From: Parcubacteria group bacterium GW2011_GWC2_48_17
GTDB taxonomy: Bacteria > Patescibacteriota > Minisyncoccia > Phycocordibacterales > UBA10002
Reading direction: 5' to 3'
Length of the DNA stretch: 64,000 nt
Assembly (NCBI GenBank): GCA_001003605.1
Contig: LCPL01000010.1
Coordinates: forward strand, 1,528-65,527
Below the pieces are notes generated by a model that worked only from the letters and a program-made list of their open reading frames with translations, ran no database searches and was not told the origin of the DNA. Below are positions 1 to 7,790 of this stretch, one piece after another; within the stretch, counting starts at the first letter, position 1; every line of letters starts with the position of its first letter. Made by a program: the position numbers and the translations under genes.

Positions 1-1
1 C

Positions 2-205
2 ATTCCCGTTCTGACTTCAAACGAATCGTACCGCGGGATACTTCCCGACGATGCAATCGTGCAGGAGACACCGAATGCGTTCGCGAAAAAGATACAGGCG
101 TTTCTCACGAACCCTATACTAGTTTCCTATCGGGAACAAATTCTTCAAGAACATAGCTTGCAGGCGCTTATTCCCAAAATACTTCACTCATATGAACACA
201 GGTAA
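2..205 (+). CDS. 3' end of an upstream gene, GT4/GT1-fold glycosyltransferase C-terminus (partial)
   Basis: Frame ending in TAA at 203-205 translates to ...FAKKIQAFLTNPILVSYREQIL..., typical of a GT4 C-terminal tail; the stop overlaps the next ATG. Confidence 0.35.
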   Translation: MPVLTSNESYRGILPDDAIVQETPNAFAKKIQAFLTNPILVSYREQILQEHSLQALIPKILHSYEHR

Positions 206-887
206 CACCCATTCATTCAATCCTCCGCTCATTCTTGTGCTTCGCGAAGCGGTACGCGGGAAATCTGTCGGCCGGACTATGACCAATCTTTTTTGGCGTA
301 CGCACGTCAAGCTTGAGGGAACAATCCTTGATATCGGCGGAGGAGAGGGAGGAGGAAGTCACTATAGATTTCTGCCCATAAGCAAGACAGCAAATATCTT
401 AACCGCGGACATTGTGGCGCGGCCTCAAACTGATTTCGTTCTCGACATTACAAAAGAGAAAGTTCCACTTCCCGATGGGTCAGTAGATTACATTCTTCTT
501 TTTAATGTTCTTGAACATCTTTCCCGTCATGACGCACCTCTTTCGGAAATAAGACGACTGCTACGGCCAGGAGGAACTCTTATAGGTTCTATTCCGTTCC
601 TACTAAATGTCCATCCCGACCCGCACGATTATGTCCGTTTTACAAGCGATGCTCTCGAATCTCTTTTCAAGAAAAATGGTTTTTCCATACGAAACATCGA
701 GCCGATAGGAAGAGGTCCATTTCTCGCCGCGTATGAGCAACTTGATATGCTTATATGGAGTCCGCTTCACTTTCTTTTTCTGCCGATTGTCTGGTGTCTT
801 GATGGCTTACTTTCAATCTTGCGGCCAAAGCGAGACCTTTGTGCGCAGTTCCCTTTGTTTTACAACTTTATTGTTGAGAAGAGCTAA
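192..887 (+). CDS. class I SAM-dependent methyltransferase
   Basis: LDIGGGEGGGSHY glycine-rich SAM motif and LRPGGTLIGSIP motif, Methyltransf_11-like. Confidence 0.7.
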   Translation: MNTGNTHSFNPPLILVLREAVRGKSVGRTMTNLFWRTHVKLEGTILDIGGGEGGGSHYRFLPISKTANILTADIVARPQTDFVLDITKEKVPLPDGSVDYILLFNVLEHLSRHDAPLSEIRRLLRPGGTLIGSIPFLLNVHPDPHDYVRFTSDALESLFKKNGFSIRNIEPIGRGPFLAAYEQLDMLIWSPLHFLFLPIVWCLDGLLSILRPKRDLCAQFPLFYNFIVEKS

Positions 888-922
888 ACTTACCTCACAC
901 GTTTTTTGCATGGACAACAAAA

Positions 923-987
923 AAGGACCGCCGAAGGCAGTCCTTCCAATTTAGCATTTGCTCAACGGCCGTCGGCAAATGTTAAAC
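923..987. terminator. hairpin AAGGAC-N11-GTCCTT followed by an imperfect palindrome TTTAGCATTTGCTCAACGGCCGTCGGCAAATGTTAAA, between convergent genes
   Basis: Inverted repeats seen directly; the second one is a diverged copy of the perfect palindrome at 10817-10850. Confidence 0.45.
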
Positions 988-999
988 GTACGACGAAGA

Positions 1000-1797
1000 T
1001 TACCTGAAATATTCCTCCACCTTCTTCCGAAGTGCGAGCAGGTCTTCTGCTCCGTAGGGAATGGGGAGTCGTGGCCGAACTTCCGGCACAACGCATCCGC
1101 TCCAACCACTCTTTTGCACGGTATATGCAAAGTCCCTTAACGGGGCGGTTCCGGTTCCAGGCCAGAAATTCCGCTCTCTTGAAAAGTCGTTCCAGTGGAT
1201 TTCGCGCACCTGCGTGGAGAACTCCGTCCAGAACTTTTTCCATTCGTCAAGAATGGTAGCGGCTATTAACGTACTCCGCTCAATGCCGGATTCACCTCGG
1301 AGGTACTCGATGTAGTGCATCGTGTCAAATACAATGTCATGTCTTCCCCTGCGAATCCGCTCTAGAAAATCTGGAAAAGAAAGGCGCGGGGTCGGGTCAT
1401 CGAACATTCGTTGTTCCGCGATAGATTGAAACCACACTCCGCTCCGTCCGGCCAGTTCCGGGATTCGATCTGCGTAGGCGACCAGTGGTATCGCGTTTTT
1501 TGGTGCCCATTCGTCAAAGTTGTATCCTTGGCGAGGAAGGCGACCAAGTGCTGTGAGTGCCTGATTCACTCTTTTTTCTTTCGCCTGCGAACTCTCCGTT
1601 GTCCAGACCTGATGGAAGTGGAGTTCGAGTCCCAATATCGCCGCGCGCCCAATAGCTCGTGATACCTTTTCGGTGTTCCATTTTCCGAGGAGGAAAACTT
1701 CGACAAAGTCGAATCCCGCCCGGCTCGCTTTGCGAAAAACGGTCTGAAGGGGAAGGGGGAAAAGCGACAGGCTCGCAATCCCGAATCTCATTTTCAT
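1000..1797 (-). CDS. sugar phosphate isomerase/epimerase (xylose-isomerase-like TIM barrel)
   Basis: MKMRFGIASLSL...AGFDFVEVFL N-terminus and overall length are typical of AP-endonuclease-2/XylA-like TIM barrels. Confidence 0.5.
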   Translation of the reverse strand: MKMRFGIASLSLFPLPLQTVFRKASRAGFDFVEVFLLGKWNTEKVSRAIGRAAILGLELHFHQVWTTESSQAKEKRVNQALTALGRLPRQGYNFDEWAPKNAIPLVAYADRIPELAGRSGVWFQSIAEQRMFDDPTPRLSFPDFLERIRRGRHDIVFDTMHYIEYLRGESGIERSTLIAATILDEWKKFWTEFSTQVREIHWNDFSRERNFWPGTGTAPLRDFAYTVQKSGWSGCVVPEVRPRLPIPYGAEDLLALRKKVEEYFR

Positions 1798-1913
1798 AAG
1801 GTGCTATCCTTTCTGTCGTTTATTGTTGTTAGGAAGTCAAGAACCACGCTAGCACACATCTCTAGGTGTGTCAACAAGTTAAGAGCCGCTGTTTATCAGT
1901 TACAATAAGACCC

Positions 1914-3743
1914 ATGTGCAGTATCAACGGCTTCTCGTGGCGTGACAAGGCACTCATACAAAAGATGAATGCCGTGACGGCGCATCGCGGTCCCGATGGC
2001 ACCGATTTCTTTGTCGCGCCAAACGTTTCGCTCGGCCATAATCGGCTGGCGATTATTGACCTCTCGCCTTCCGGAGCCCAACCGATGAAAAGTCGCGATG
2101 GGCGATATGTGATTGTATTTAACGGCGAGATATACAATTACCGGGAACTTCGCAACGAACTTTCGGCGTATCCTTTTCAGAGTACGAGCGACACCGAGGT
2201 GATTCTCGCGGCATATGAGGCATGGGGAAAAAAGGCATTTGCACGTTTGAATGGCATGTTCGCGCTCGCGCTTTTTGATGCCAAAGAGCGGAAACTCATT
2301 CTTGCTCGCGACCGAGTAGGTATCAAACCGCTCTATTATCATGCTGATGGCGCGCGACTCATTTTTTCTTCGGAAATCAAAGCGCTCCTCGAACACCAGA
2401 GCCTCTCTCGGCATATCAATCCTCTCGCCTTCGACATCTATATGCGCCTTGGCTATGTTCCGGCGCCTCTAACCATGTTTAAGGGAGTTCAAAAACTCTT
2501 GCCGGGAAACATGCTCACACATACAAACGGGACAAGCACTCTGACCTCCTTTGTGGAGGCAAAAGAGACGGCACTTTTGCAAGCTCCGCGAGCGGAGCTT
2601 GCAAAGCAGCTGTACCAAAAGGTGCATGAACGTGTTCAGTCTCAACTCGTCTCTGACCGGCCGATCGGGCTCTACCTTTCCGGAGGTATTGATTCGAGCG
2701 TCGTTCTTGAATCAATGGCGGCGGCACAGGGACGGGTGGAAACCTTCTCGGTCGGCTTTGAGCTTCGGGTGGGAGAACAGGCGGAGAAGTTCAACGCGGA
2801 CTTTATGCTTGCGCGGCGTACCGCAAAACATTTTGGCGCGAAGCACCATGAGGTACTTGTGCGCCCAGATGAAATCATCCCACTTTTTGAGGAGGCTATC
2901 TATCATCTTGATGAGCCGGTTTCAAACGCGACGATTATCCCAATGCACAAGCTCTCACGATTCGCAAAAACGCACGTCGCAGTGGTACTTGGCGGGGATG
3001 GAGGAGATGAGCTGTTCGGAGGGTACGAGCGCTATCGGCTTTCTCTGCTTTCTTCATATTATCGGCGCGTTCCTCATCTACTTCGTGCAGGGTTGAACAA
3101 AGTGTTTCCGAGGGTGCAAAAGCTTGATACGGAAGAGGGAATCGCGCGGTACGCGCAGTTCCACTTCTTAAAGGAGAGAATTATTCGGCCGCTTCTTTCA
3201 GATGAGGCGTATCACGAACATTCTGCCGAGGATTTCTTCCAAGAACGATTCTTTAAGGAAGTTCGTCTTCCGTTTGAAACGCAATTCATGAAAGTAGATC
3301 GCCAAAGCTGGCTTCCCGATGAATCATTACTGCGTAGTGACAAGCTTTCGATGTCGGGAGGTCTTGAGGCGCGAGTTCCGCTTCTCGACCTCTCCCTCAT
3401 CGAATTTGCCGACACCGTCCCGCTTCGGCATAAAGTCTCACTTCAAGGGACGAAGCTCGTCCTTAAGGAGGCGTTTCGAAGCGTACTTCCCAAAGAACTT
3501 TTGAACCAACCAAAACGAGGCTGGTTCTCACCTGGGGCAAAGTGGCTCCGCTATCCGGATTTTGCGGCATATGCGCGCGAAGTTCTTTCTCCCGATTACG
3601 CGGAGGCAACCCGAACTCTTTTCAATTGGGCTACGGTTCAAGCACGACTCGAATCCCATCTTCGTGGCAACTACCACTTCACCGAGCTCTGGATGATACT
3701 AACACTCCAGGTCTGGGCGAGGCGGTATAAAATATCTTTGTAA
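1914..3743 (+). CDS. asnB: asparagine synthase family glutamine amidotransferase (AsnB-like)
   Basis: MCSINGF N-terminal nucleophile Cys, SGGIDSS PP-loop and LDEPVSN motif; the track ORF starts at 1866 but the canonical start MCS is at about 1914. Confidence 0.85.
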   Translation: MCSINGFSWRDKALIQKMNAVTAHRGPDGTDFFVAPNVSLGHNRLAIIDLSPSGAQPMKSRDGRYVIVFNGEIYNYRELRNELSAYPFQSTSDTEVILAAYEAWGKKAFARLNGMFALALFDAKERKLILARDRVGIKPLYYHADGARLIFSSEIKALLEHQSLSRHINPLAFDIYMRLGYVPAPLTMFKGVQKLLPGNMLTHTNGTSTLTSFVEAKETALLQAPRAELAKQLYQKVHERVQSQLVSDRPIGLYLSGGIDSSVVLESMAAAQGRVETFSVGFELRVGEQAEKFNADFMLARRTAKHFGAKHHEVLVRPDEIIPLFEEAIYHLDEPVSNATIIPMHKLSRFAKTHVAVVLGGDGGDELFGGYERYRLSLLSSYYRRVPHLLRAGLNKVFPRVQKLDTEEGIARYAQFHFLKERIIRPLLSDEAYHEHSAEDFFQERFFKEVRLPFETQFMKVDRQSWLPDESLLRSDKLSMSGGLEARVPLLDLSLIEFADTVPLRHKVSLQGTKLVLKEAFRSVLPKELLNQPKRGWFSPGAKWLRYPDFAAYAREVLSPDYAEATRTLFNWATVQARLESHLRGNYHFTELWMILTLQVWARRYKISL

Positions 3744-3923
3744 TTACTGATAATCACATAACTCGTTAACGGTTTTCATGGCCTTGTTAAGGCATTATTC
3801 GCGTTAAGTAGATTTGTGAAGATCAGTAGGTAATGATGCGAAAGATCGGAACCATTACAGCGAGTTGACAATATGTGTATATCCATTGTAATATCACCTT
3901 CAGCACTTTGAAACTTTTGCGAA

Positions 3924-3974
3924 TTCGCCACAGCAGAAAGCGGCTTAATGTAGGCCATTTTCTGCTGTGGCGAA
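3924..3974. promoter_or_regulatory. 16-bp perfect stem (TTCGCCACAGCAGAAA / TTTCTGCTGTGGCGAA) with a 19-nt loop, intergenic upstream of the DGR target gene
   Basis: Perfect inverted repeat read directly; no ORF in 3744-4070. Confidence 0.6.
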
Positions 3975-4070
3975 CCTTCTAGTGGTGAGCCAATACAGCA
4001 AGACACAAACCACGAAGCCAATCCGGAGCTATGCAAGGGCATATGCGATGGGGCAGGCAGAAAGAATAGT

Positions 4071-4790
4071 TTGAAAAACAACATAGACTGGAAGCAGTTC
4101 GGACAGTTTCTTAAAATGGTGGTAGATTTGTTCAAAATCATCACCACAACCTTCAAAGAGCAGAAAACCGGTCCGGAGATTCTTGAATGGATTACCGGCG
4201 CGGGCCAGAAGGCTTTTGCGGAGAAGTTTTTAGTACCGCTTGGCGAGGCGTACCAAGCTCACCTTCAGAGGGAGCAGAAACGGGAGAAGCCGGAGCCGCT
4301 TCGCATGAAGGCCAACCTCAATGCCGACCCCTCGCTTCCATTTGACGGAGCGAAGTTTGAAGGCAACAAAGGTGAGAAACATCTTCGCCAAGGCGAGGTG
4401 GAACTGGAGTATCGTTCGGATGAAGACGAACTGTATGTGAACAGACGAAATCTCGTTCCGTTCTTATCAGACAAACAGCTCGATGGAAAGACCGTGAAAG
4501 GATTCAAACTTCATCCCGAAGCCGAAGCGAACAGTCCCACGAACGCAACGCTGGCTGATGTTCTGTATGCGCATCAGGAATTCATTCCGAAGAAATATCG
4601 AGACAGAGTATGGTTTTTCTGGGCGACGATTTTCAGCGGCGCGGACGGCAACCTCTTTGTCCGGTCTCTCTACTGGGGTGGCGAGCGGTGGAGTCGGGGC
4701 TACGTTTGGCTCGGCGACGACTGGTATGAGCGCGACCCGTCGGCTTCGCTCGCAAAGCAGAACTTAGACCTTGAGGTTAAGTCCTTTTGA
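4071..4790 (+). CDS. DGR variable target protein, C-type-lectin/FGE-like fold with C-terminal variable region
   Basis: C-terminus ...WFFWATIFSGADGNLFVRSLYWGGERWSRGYVWLGDDWYERDPSAS... overlaps the VR; variable codons correspond to AAC/AAT in the TR. Confidence 0.8.
   Translation: MKNNIDWKQFGQFLKMVVDLFKIITTTFKEQKTGPEILEWITGAGQKAFAEKFLVPLGEAYQAHLQREQKREKPEPLRMKANLNADPSLPFDGAKFEGNKGEKHLRQGEVELEYRSDEDELYVNRRNLVPFLSDKQLDGKTVKGFKLHPEAEANSPTNATLADVLYAHQEFIPKKYRDRVWFFWATIFSGADGNLFVRSLYWGGERWSRGYVWLGDDWYERDPSASLAKQNLDLEVKSF
4631..4755 (+). repeat. DGR variable repeat (VR), 125 bp
   Basis: 108/125 identical to the TR; all 17 mismatches sit opposite TR adenines; the last 21 nt are identical and GC-rich (IMH-like). 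Confidence 0.9.
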
Positions 4791-5121
4791 ACTTGAGACC
4801 TTAGTACTTCCCCGATTTTGTCAGTGATGACAAGGTTGGGGATTTTTGTTATCCTACAGATGATAGTAGGTGAGCATCAGTACGGGTTTACGGATTCGTA
4901 CCACCGAATTCAGTATCCATACATTGAGAGCGTTTAGAATCAGGGTTCTAAGCGGAGGATGTATGCAGACACTTCACAAAAAGATGAAGCTACTTGGTAT
5001 GAAGCACTAAGGCATTAAACCCGGTAAGTGAATCAAAAAATTCGTCTGCTGAATGAGATGCCGAAGACTTTCCAGCCTTTCGAGTACTCGGGAGGCGGTG
5101 GCACAGATGGTGCTTCATATG

Positions 5122-5246
5122 TTTCAGCGACGCGGACGGCAACCTCTATGTCCGGTATCTCTACTGGAATGGCAAGCAGTGGAATCGGAACTACAATTGG
5201 CTCGACAACGACTGGAATGAGCACAACCCGTCGGCTTCGCTCGCAA
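5122..5246 (+). repeat. DGR template repeat (TR), noncoding
   Basis: Invariant copy that keeps the adenines; in the VR reading frame it encodes AAC/AAT-rich ...NGKQWNRNYNWLDNDWNEHN... Confidence 0.9.
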
Positions 5247-5252
5247 CTCTCT

Positions 5253-5675
5253 TCATTTCTCCGCCCCGACTTTTGTCGGGACGGAGTTTTGCTTGATGAG
5301 CTGATTATGCCAACCGCCGAGTTGTTGCCCTGCGCCCGCAAGCGGTTCTGACACGGCAACATACTTCTTGGTATCAATTGATTTGAGTTCCCAGCTTACA
5401 TACAAAAATACTTTTGCTGTATCCAATTTAACGATTGCCTTATGCACAAACGGCCGCTTCTGTTCTTTTGGGAGAAATACTGCTGTGAGAGCGGCCTCAA
5501 TTGTTTCAACAAGGAGAGTGTCGATCTTTTCTCCGAGAGAGTATTTGGTTTCTTTCGGAAAGAGGCGAAGAGTCTCATGCCAGAGCTTGTAAGCGGCAGT
5601 GAGTTTTTCTACCACTGGCAAAATCCGTAGGGGGGGGGTATTCTTTTGTGTATGGGACGGATTCAATTCACGCAT
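5253..5675 (-). CDS. avd: Avd-like accessory variability determinant (four-helix-bundle, TIGR02436-like)
   Basis: ...WHETLRLFPKETKYSLGEKIDTLLVETIEAAL...GQQLGGWHNQL matches the FPKEEKYSLG...GW family pattern; the true start is probably downstream of the C9 tract, for example TTG near 5600. Confidence 0.55.
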   Translation of the reverse strand: MRELNPSHTQKNTPPLRILPVVEKLTAAYKLWHETLRLFPKETKYSLGEKIDTLLVETIEAALTAVFLPKEQKRPFVHKAIVKLDTAKVFLYVSWELKSIDTKKYVAVSEPLAGAGQQLGGWHNQLIKQNSVPTKVGAEK

Positions 5676-6644
5676 ACCTATGAGGAAATTATTTCTGTTG
5701 AAAATCTACTGGAGGCGTGGAAAGAGTTTAAGCGGGGAAAGGCGAAAAAAGAAGAAGTGCAAAGGTTCCAGCTTCGACTCATGGAGCACATCCTAGCGCT
5801 CCATCGAGACTTACGCAATCGAACCTACACACACGGGCCATACAAACATTTCAGAATTACCGACCCGAAACCACGAGACATTCATAAAGCGAATGTGCGC
5901 GACCGCTTACTTCACCATGCGCTCTACCGGAAACTCTATCCGTTCTTCGACCGCACTTTTATTGCCGATTCATTCTCCTGCCGATTGAAAAAGGGAACGC
6001 ATAGTGCGATGAACCGCTTCCGTGCCTTTGCGTACCAAGCGAGCAAGAATCACACGCAGACCTGCTTTGCGCTCAAGTGTGATATACGGAAGTTCTTTGC
6101 CAACATTGACCACGAGATTTTGTTCTCGATTCTTTCCATCTACATTCCCGATACTTCTATACTGATGCTCCTTAAAAATATCGTGGAGAGTTTTACAAGC
6201 GGAAAAACGGAAGCAGGCCTCCCCCTCGGCAACCTTTCGTCACAGCTTTTGGTGAATATCTACCTAAACGAGTTTGACCAATTCGTGAAGCACCGGCTCA
6301 AAGTGAAATACTACATTCGTTACGCTGATGATTTTGTTATTCTTTCCCATGGTAAAAGTCGGTTGGAAAGAATAGTACGATATATCGTACTATTCATGCG
6401 CGAGAGATTGAGACTTGAACTTCATCAAGGCAAAGTCTTCATCCACACCATTGCCTCCGGCGTTGATTTTCTCGGTTGGGTGCATTTTCCCAATCATAGG
6501 GTGCTTCGGACGAGTACAAAAAAGCGAATGTTCCGGCGTTTACAGGAAGCACCAAGCGAAGAAGTGGCCATCTCCTACCTCGGACTGCTTTCGCATGGAA
6601 ATGGGGCTCTACTACAAAAAAGGATACGCGAGAGTTATAGTTAG
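5646..6644 (+). CDS. DGR reverse transcriptase
   Basis: ENLLEAWKEFKRGKAKK N-terminus, IRYADDFVIL RT motif and length near 330 aa; the first ATG is at 5652, while the track start at 5646 is TTG. Confidence 0.9.
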   Translation: MCMGRIQFTHTYEEIISVENLLEAWKEFKRGKAKKEEVQRFQLRLMEHILALHRDLRNRTYTHGPYKHFRITDPKPRDIHKANVRDRLLHHALYRKLYPFFDRTFIADSFSCRLKKGTHSAMNRFRAFAYQASKNHTQTCFALKCDIRKFFANIDHEILFSILSIYIPDTSILMLLKNIVESFTSGKTEAGLPLGNLSSQLLVNIYLNEFDQFVKHRLKVKYYIRYADDFVILSHGKSRLERIVRYIVLFMRERLRLELHQGKVFIHTIASGVDFLGWVHFPNHRVLRTSTKKRMFRRLQEAPSEEVAISYLGLLSHGNGALLQKRIRESYS

Positions 6645-6649
6645 GGCGT

Positions 6650-7735
6650 ATGGTCACGGTTTACATTGAAACAAAAGATGCTCAGGAACTCACTCCCTCG
6701 CTCGTGTTCTGGCCGAATTTCAAGTTTGAGATTTCGCCAAAGCGCCTGTTTTTGCGGGAGATTATGGAGCAGTACAAAAAGCCGTTTTTTGAGATTGTCT
6801 CGGATGTTTCTCTCGCGGACTTTGTTGCGGCGCCATATGAATATTTTGAGATGCTCCGATATGCTCCGGCGTATCTAAAGCGCGTTTACGCGCTTGCACA
6901 GTCAGCAAATAAAAAGGTCTTACTTTTTGATTATTCGGACCACGTCGATAAGAGCATACAAATCCCAGACCACGCGATTTTATTCCGCGTCTCTTGCTAC
7001 AGACATCACAAAAAGCATAACGAAATCATCATGCCGTATTTCGTGGAGGATATGCGTGCGAGCTATGCCATCGAGCCAAAAGGAAAAAGCGAATCGTGCG
7101 TCGTAGGATATTGCGGTCAATCACAATTTCAAAATGCTCGGCGAAAAGCGCGAGCGTCTCTCAAATGGATACTCTTTTGGGTTTTGCTTTGCGCGCGCCG
7201 CGACAAGGAGCCGCTCGTGCATAAACTCGGAACTTTTTTGCGCTCGGAGGCGCTTTCCATCCTTCGCAAGGGAGGTGTTGCAACTTCTTTTATAGAAAGG
7301 CCATTTTATTCTTTGCATCGTTCTACCATGCCGCTTGACCCGCGTGAAGTGCGCCACGAGTATGTGGAGAATCTGCGCGAGTGCGACCTCGCACTCTCTG
7401 TCAGGGGCGGCGCTAATGCCTCACAGCGATTTTACGAAACACTTAGCGCGTCGCGGATTCCGCTTTTTCTCGATACCGACTGCGTCTTGCCGCTTGAAGA
7501 GATTATTCAGTATGATGAGGTACTGCTTCGGGTGCTTTCGCGCGAACTATCTACGCTTTCGGAACGCGCTTCTGCGTGGTTTACAATTCAGTCACCTGAA
7601 TCATTTCTTCTGCGTGAAAAACGCGCGCGGAAACTCTATGATGAATACCTTCGCCTCGACAAGTATTTTGCAATAGTGTTTGACAGCAGAATAAGCCCGT
7701 ACCGAAATCTTTTACTTACTAAGCTGGAAGAGTGA
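6650..7735 (+). CDS. exostosin (GT47-like) family glycosyltransferase
   Basis: C-terminal LALSVRGGANASQRFYETLSASRIPLFLDTDCVLPLEEIIQYDEVLLRV matches the exostosin motif (CLcPrGdgpsSrR...GCIPVii.D..vLPF..v.dW); it begins 6 nt after the RT stop. Confidence 0.45.
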   Translation: MVTVYIETKDAQELTPSLVFWPNFKFEISPKRLFLREIMEQYKKPFFEIVSDVSLADFVAAPYEYFEMLRYAPAYLKRVYALAQSANKKVLLFDYSDHVDKSIQIPDHAILFRVSCYRHHKKHNEIIMPYFVEDMRASYAIEPKGKSESCVVGYCGQSQFQNARRKARASLKWILFWVLLCARRDKEPLVHKLGTFLRSEALSILRKGGVATSFIERPFYSLHRSTMPLDPREVRHEYVENLRECDLALSVRGGANASQRFYETLSASRIPLFLDTDCVLPLEEIIQYDEVLLRVLSRELSTLSERASAWFTIQSPESFLLREKRARKLYDEYLRLDKYFAIVFDSRISPYRNLLLTKLEE

Positions 7736-7790
7736 CCATTTAACAGAGAATAGTTATAGTATACGCAATTAACGATAACAACCTTGCAAA

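Larger units (their letters stand above)
4071..6644 (+). mobile_element. diversity-generating retroelement (target-VR, TR, avd-like, RT)
   Basis: TR/VR pair with 17 adenine-specific differences, YADD reverse transcriptase and four-helix-bundle accessory gene. Confidence 0.9.

Noticed and set aside
962-1315. Numerous 60-170 aa ORFs antisense to or out-of-frame within long CDSs (for example 962-1243 minus, 1896-2414 minus, 15397-15903 minus, 50942-51406 plus)
   Set aside because: They are fully contained within longer ORFs that carry clear family motifs, they have Arg/Ser-rich GC-frame composition, and no independent support exists for them.
1866-1913. N-terminal 16-aa extension of the asnB-like ORF
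   Set aside because: Asparagine-synthase-family enzymes need Cys as residue 2 after Met processing. The MCSINGF start at about 1914 fits, and the upstream Met does not.
4558-4767. 69-aa alternative-frame ORF over the VR
   Set aside because: It is an out-of-frame overlap of the real target CDS 4071-4790; the same low-complexity artefact appears in the TR.
4845-4860. TTGTCA-GTGA-TGACAA hairpin downstream of the VR as a DGR homing hairpin
   Set aside because: The stem is only 6 bp and AT-rich, and it lies about 90 nt past the IMH-like end; described DGR hairpins are GC-rich and lie immediately downstream of the VR.
5028-5351. 107-aa plus-strand ORF (and minus ORF 5033-5377) covering the TR
   Set aside because: These ORFs overlap the noncoding DGR template repeat. 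The translations are low-complexity Ser/Thr/Gly strings produced by the repeat, and the TR is expected to function as RNA.
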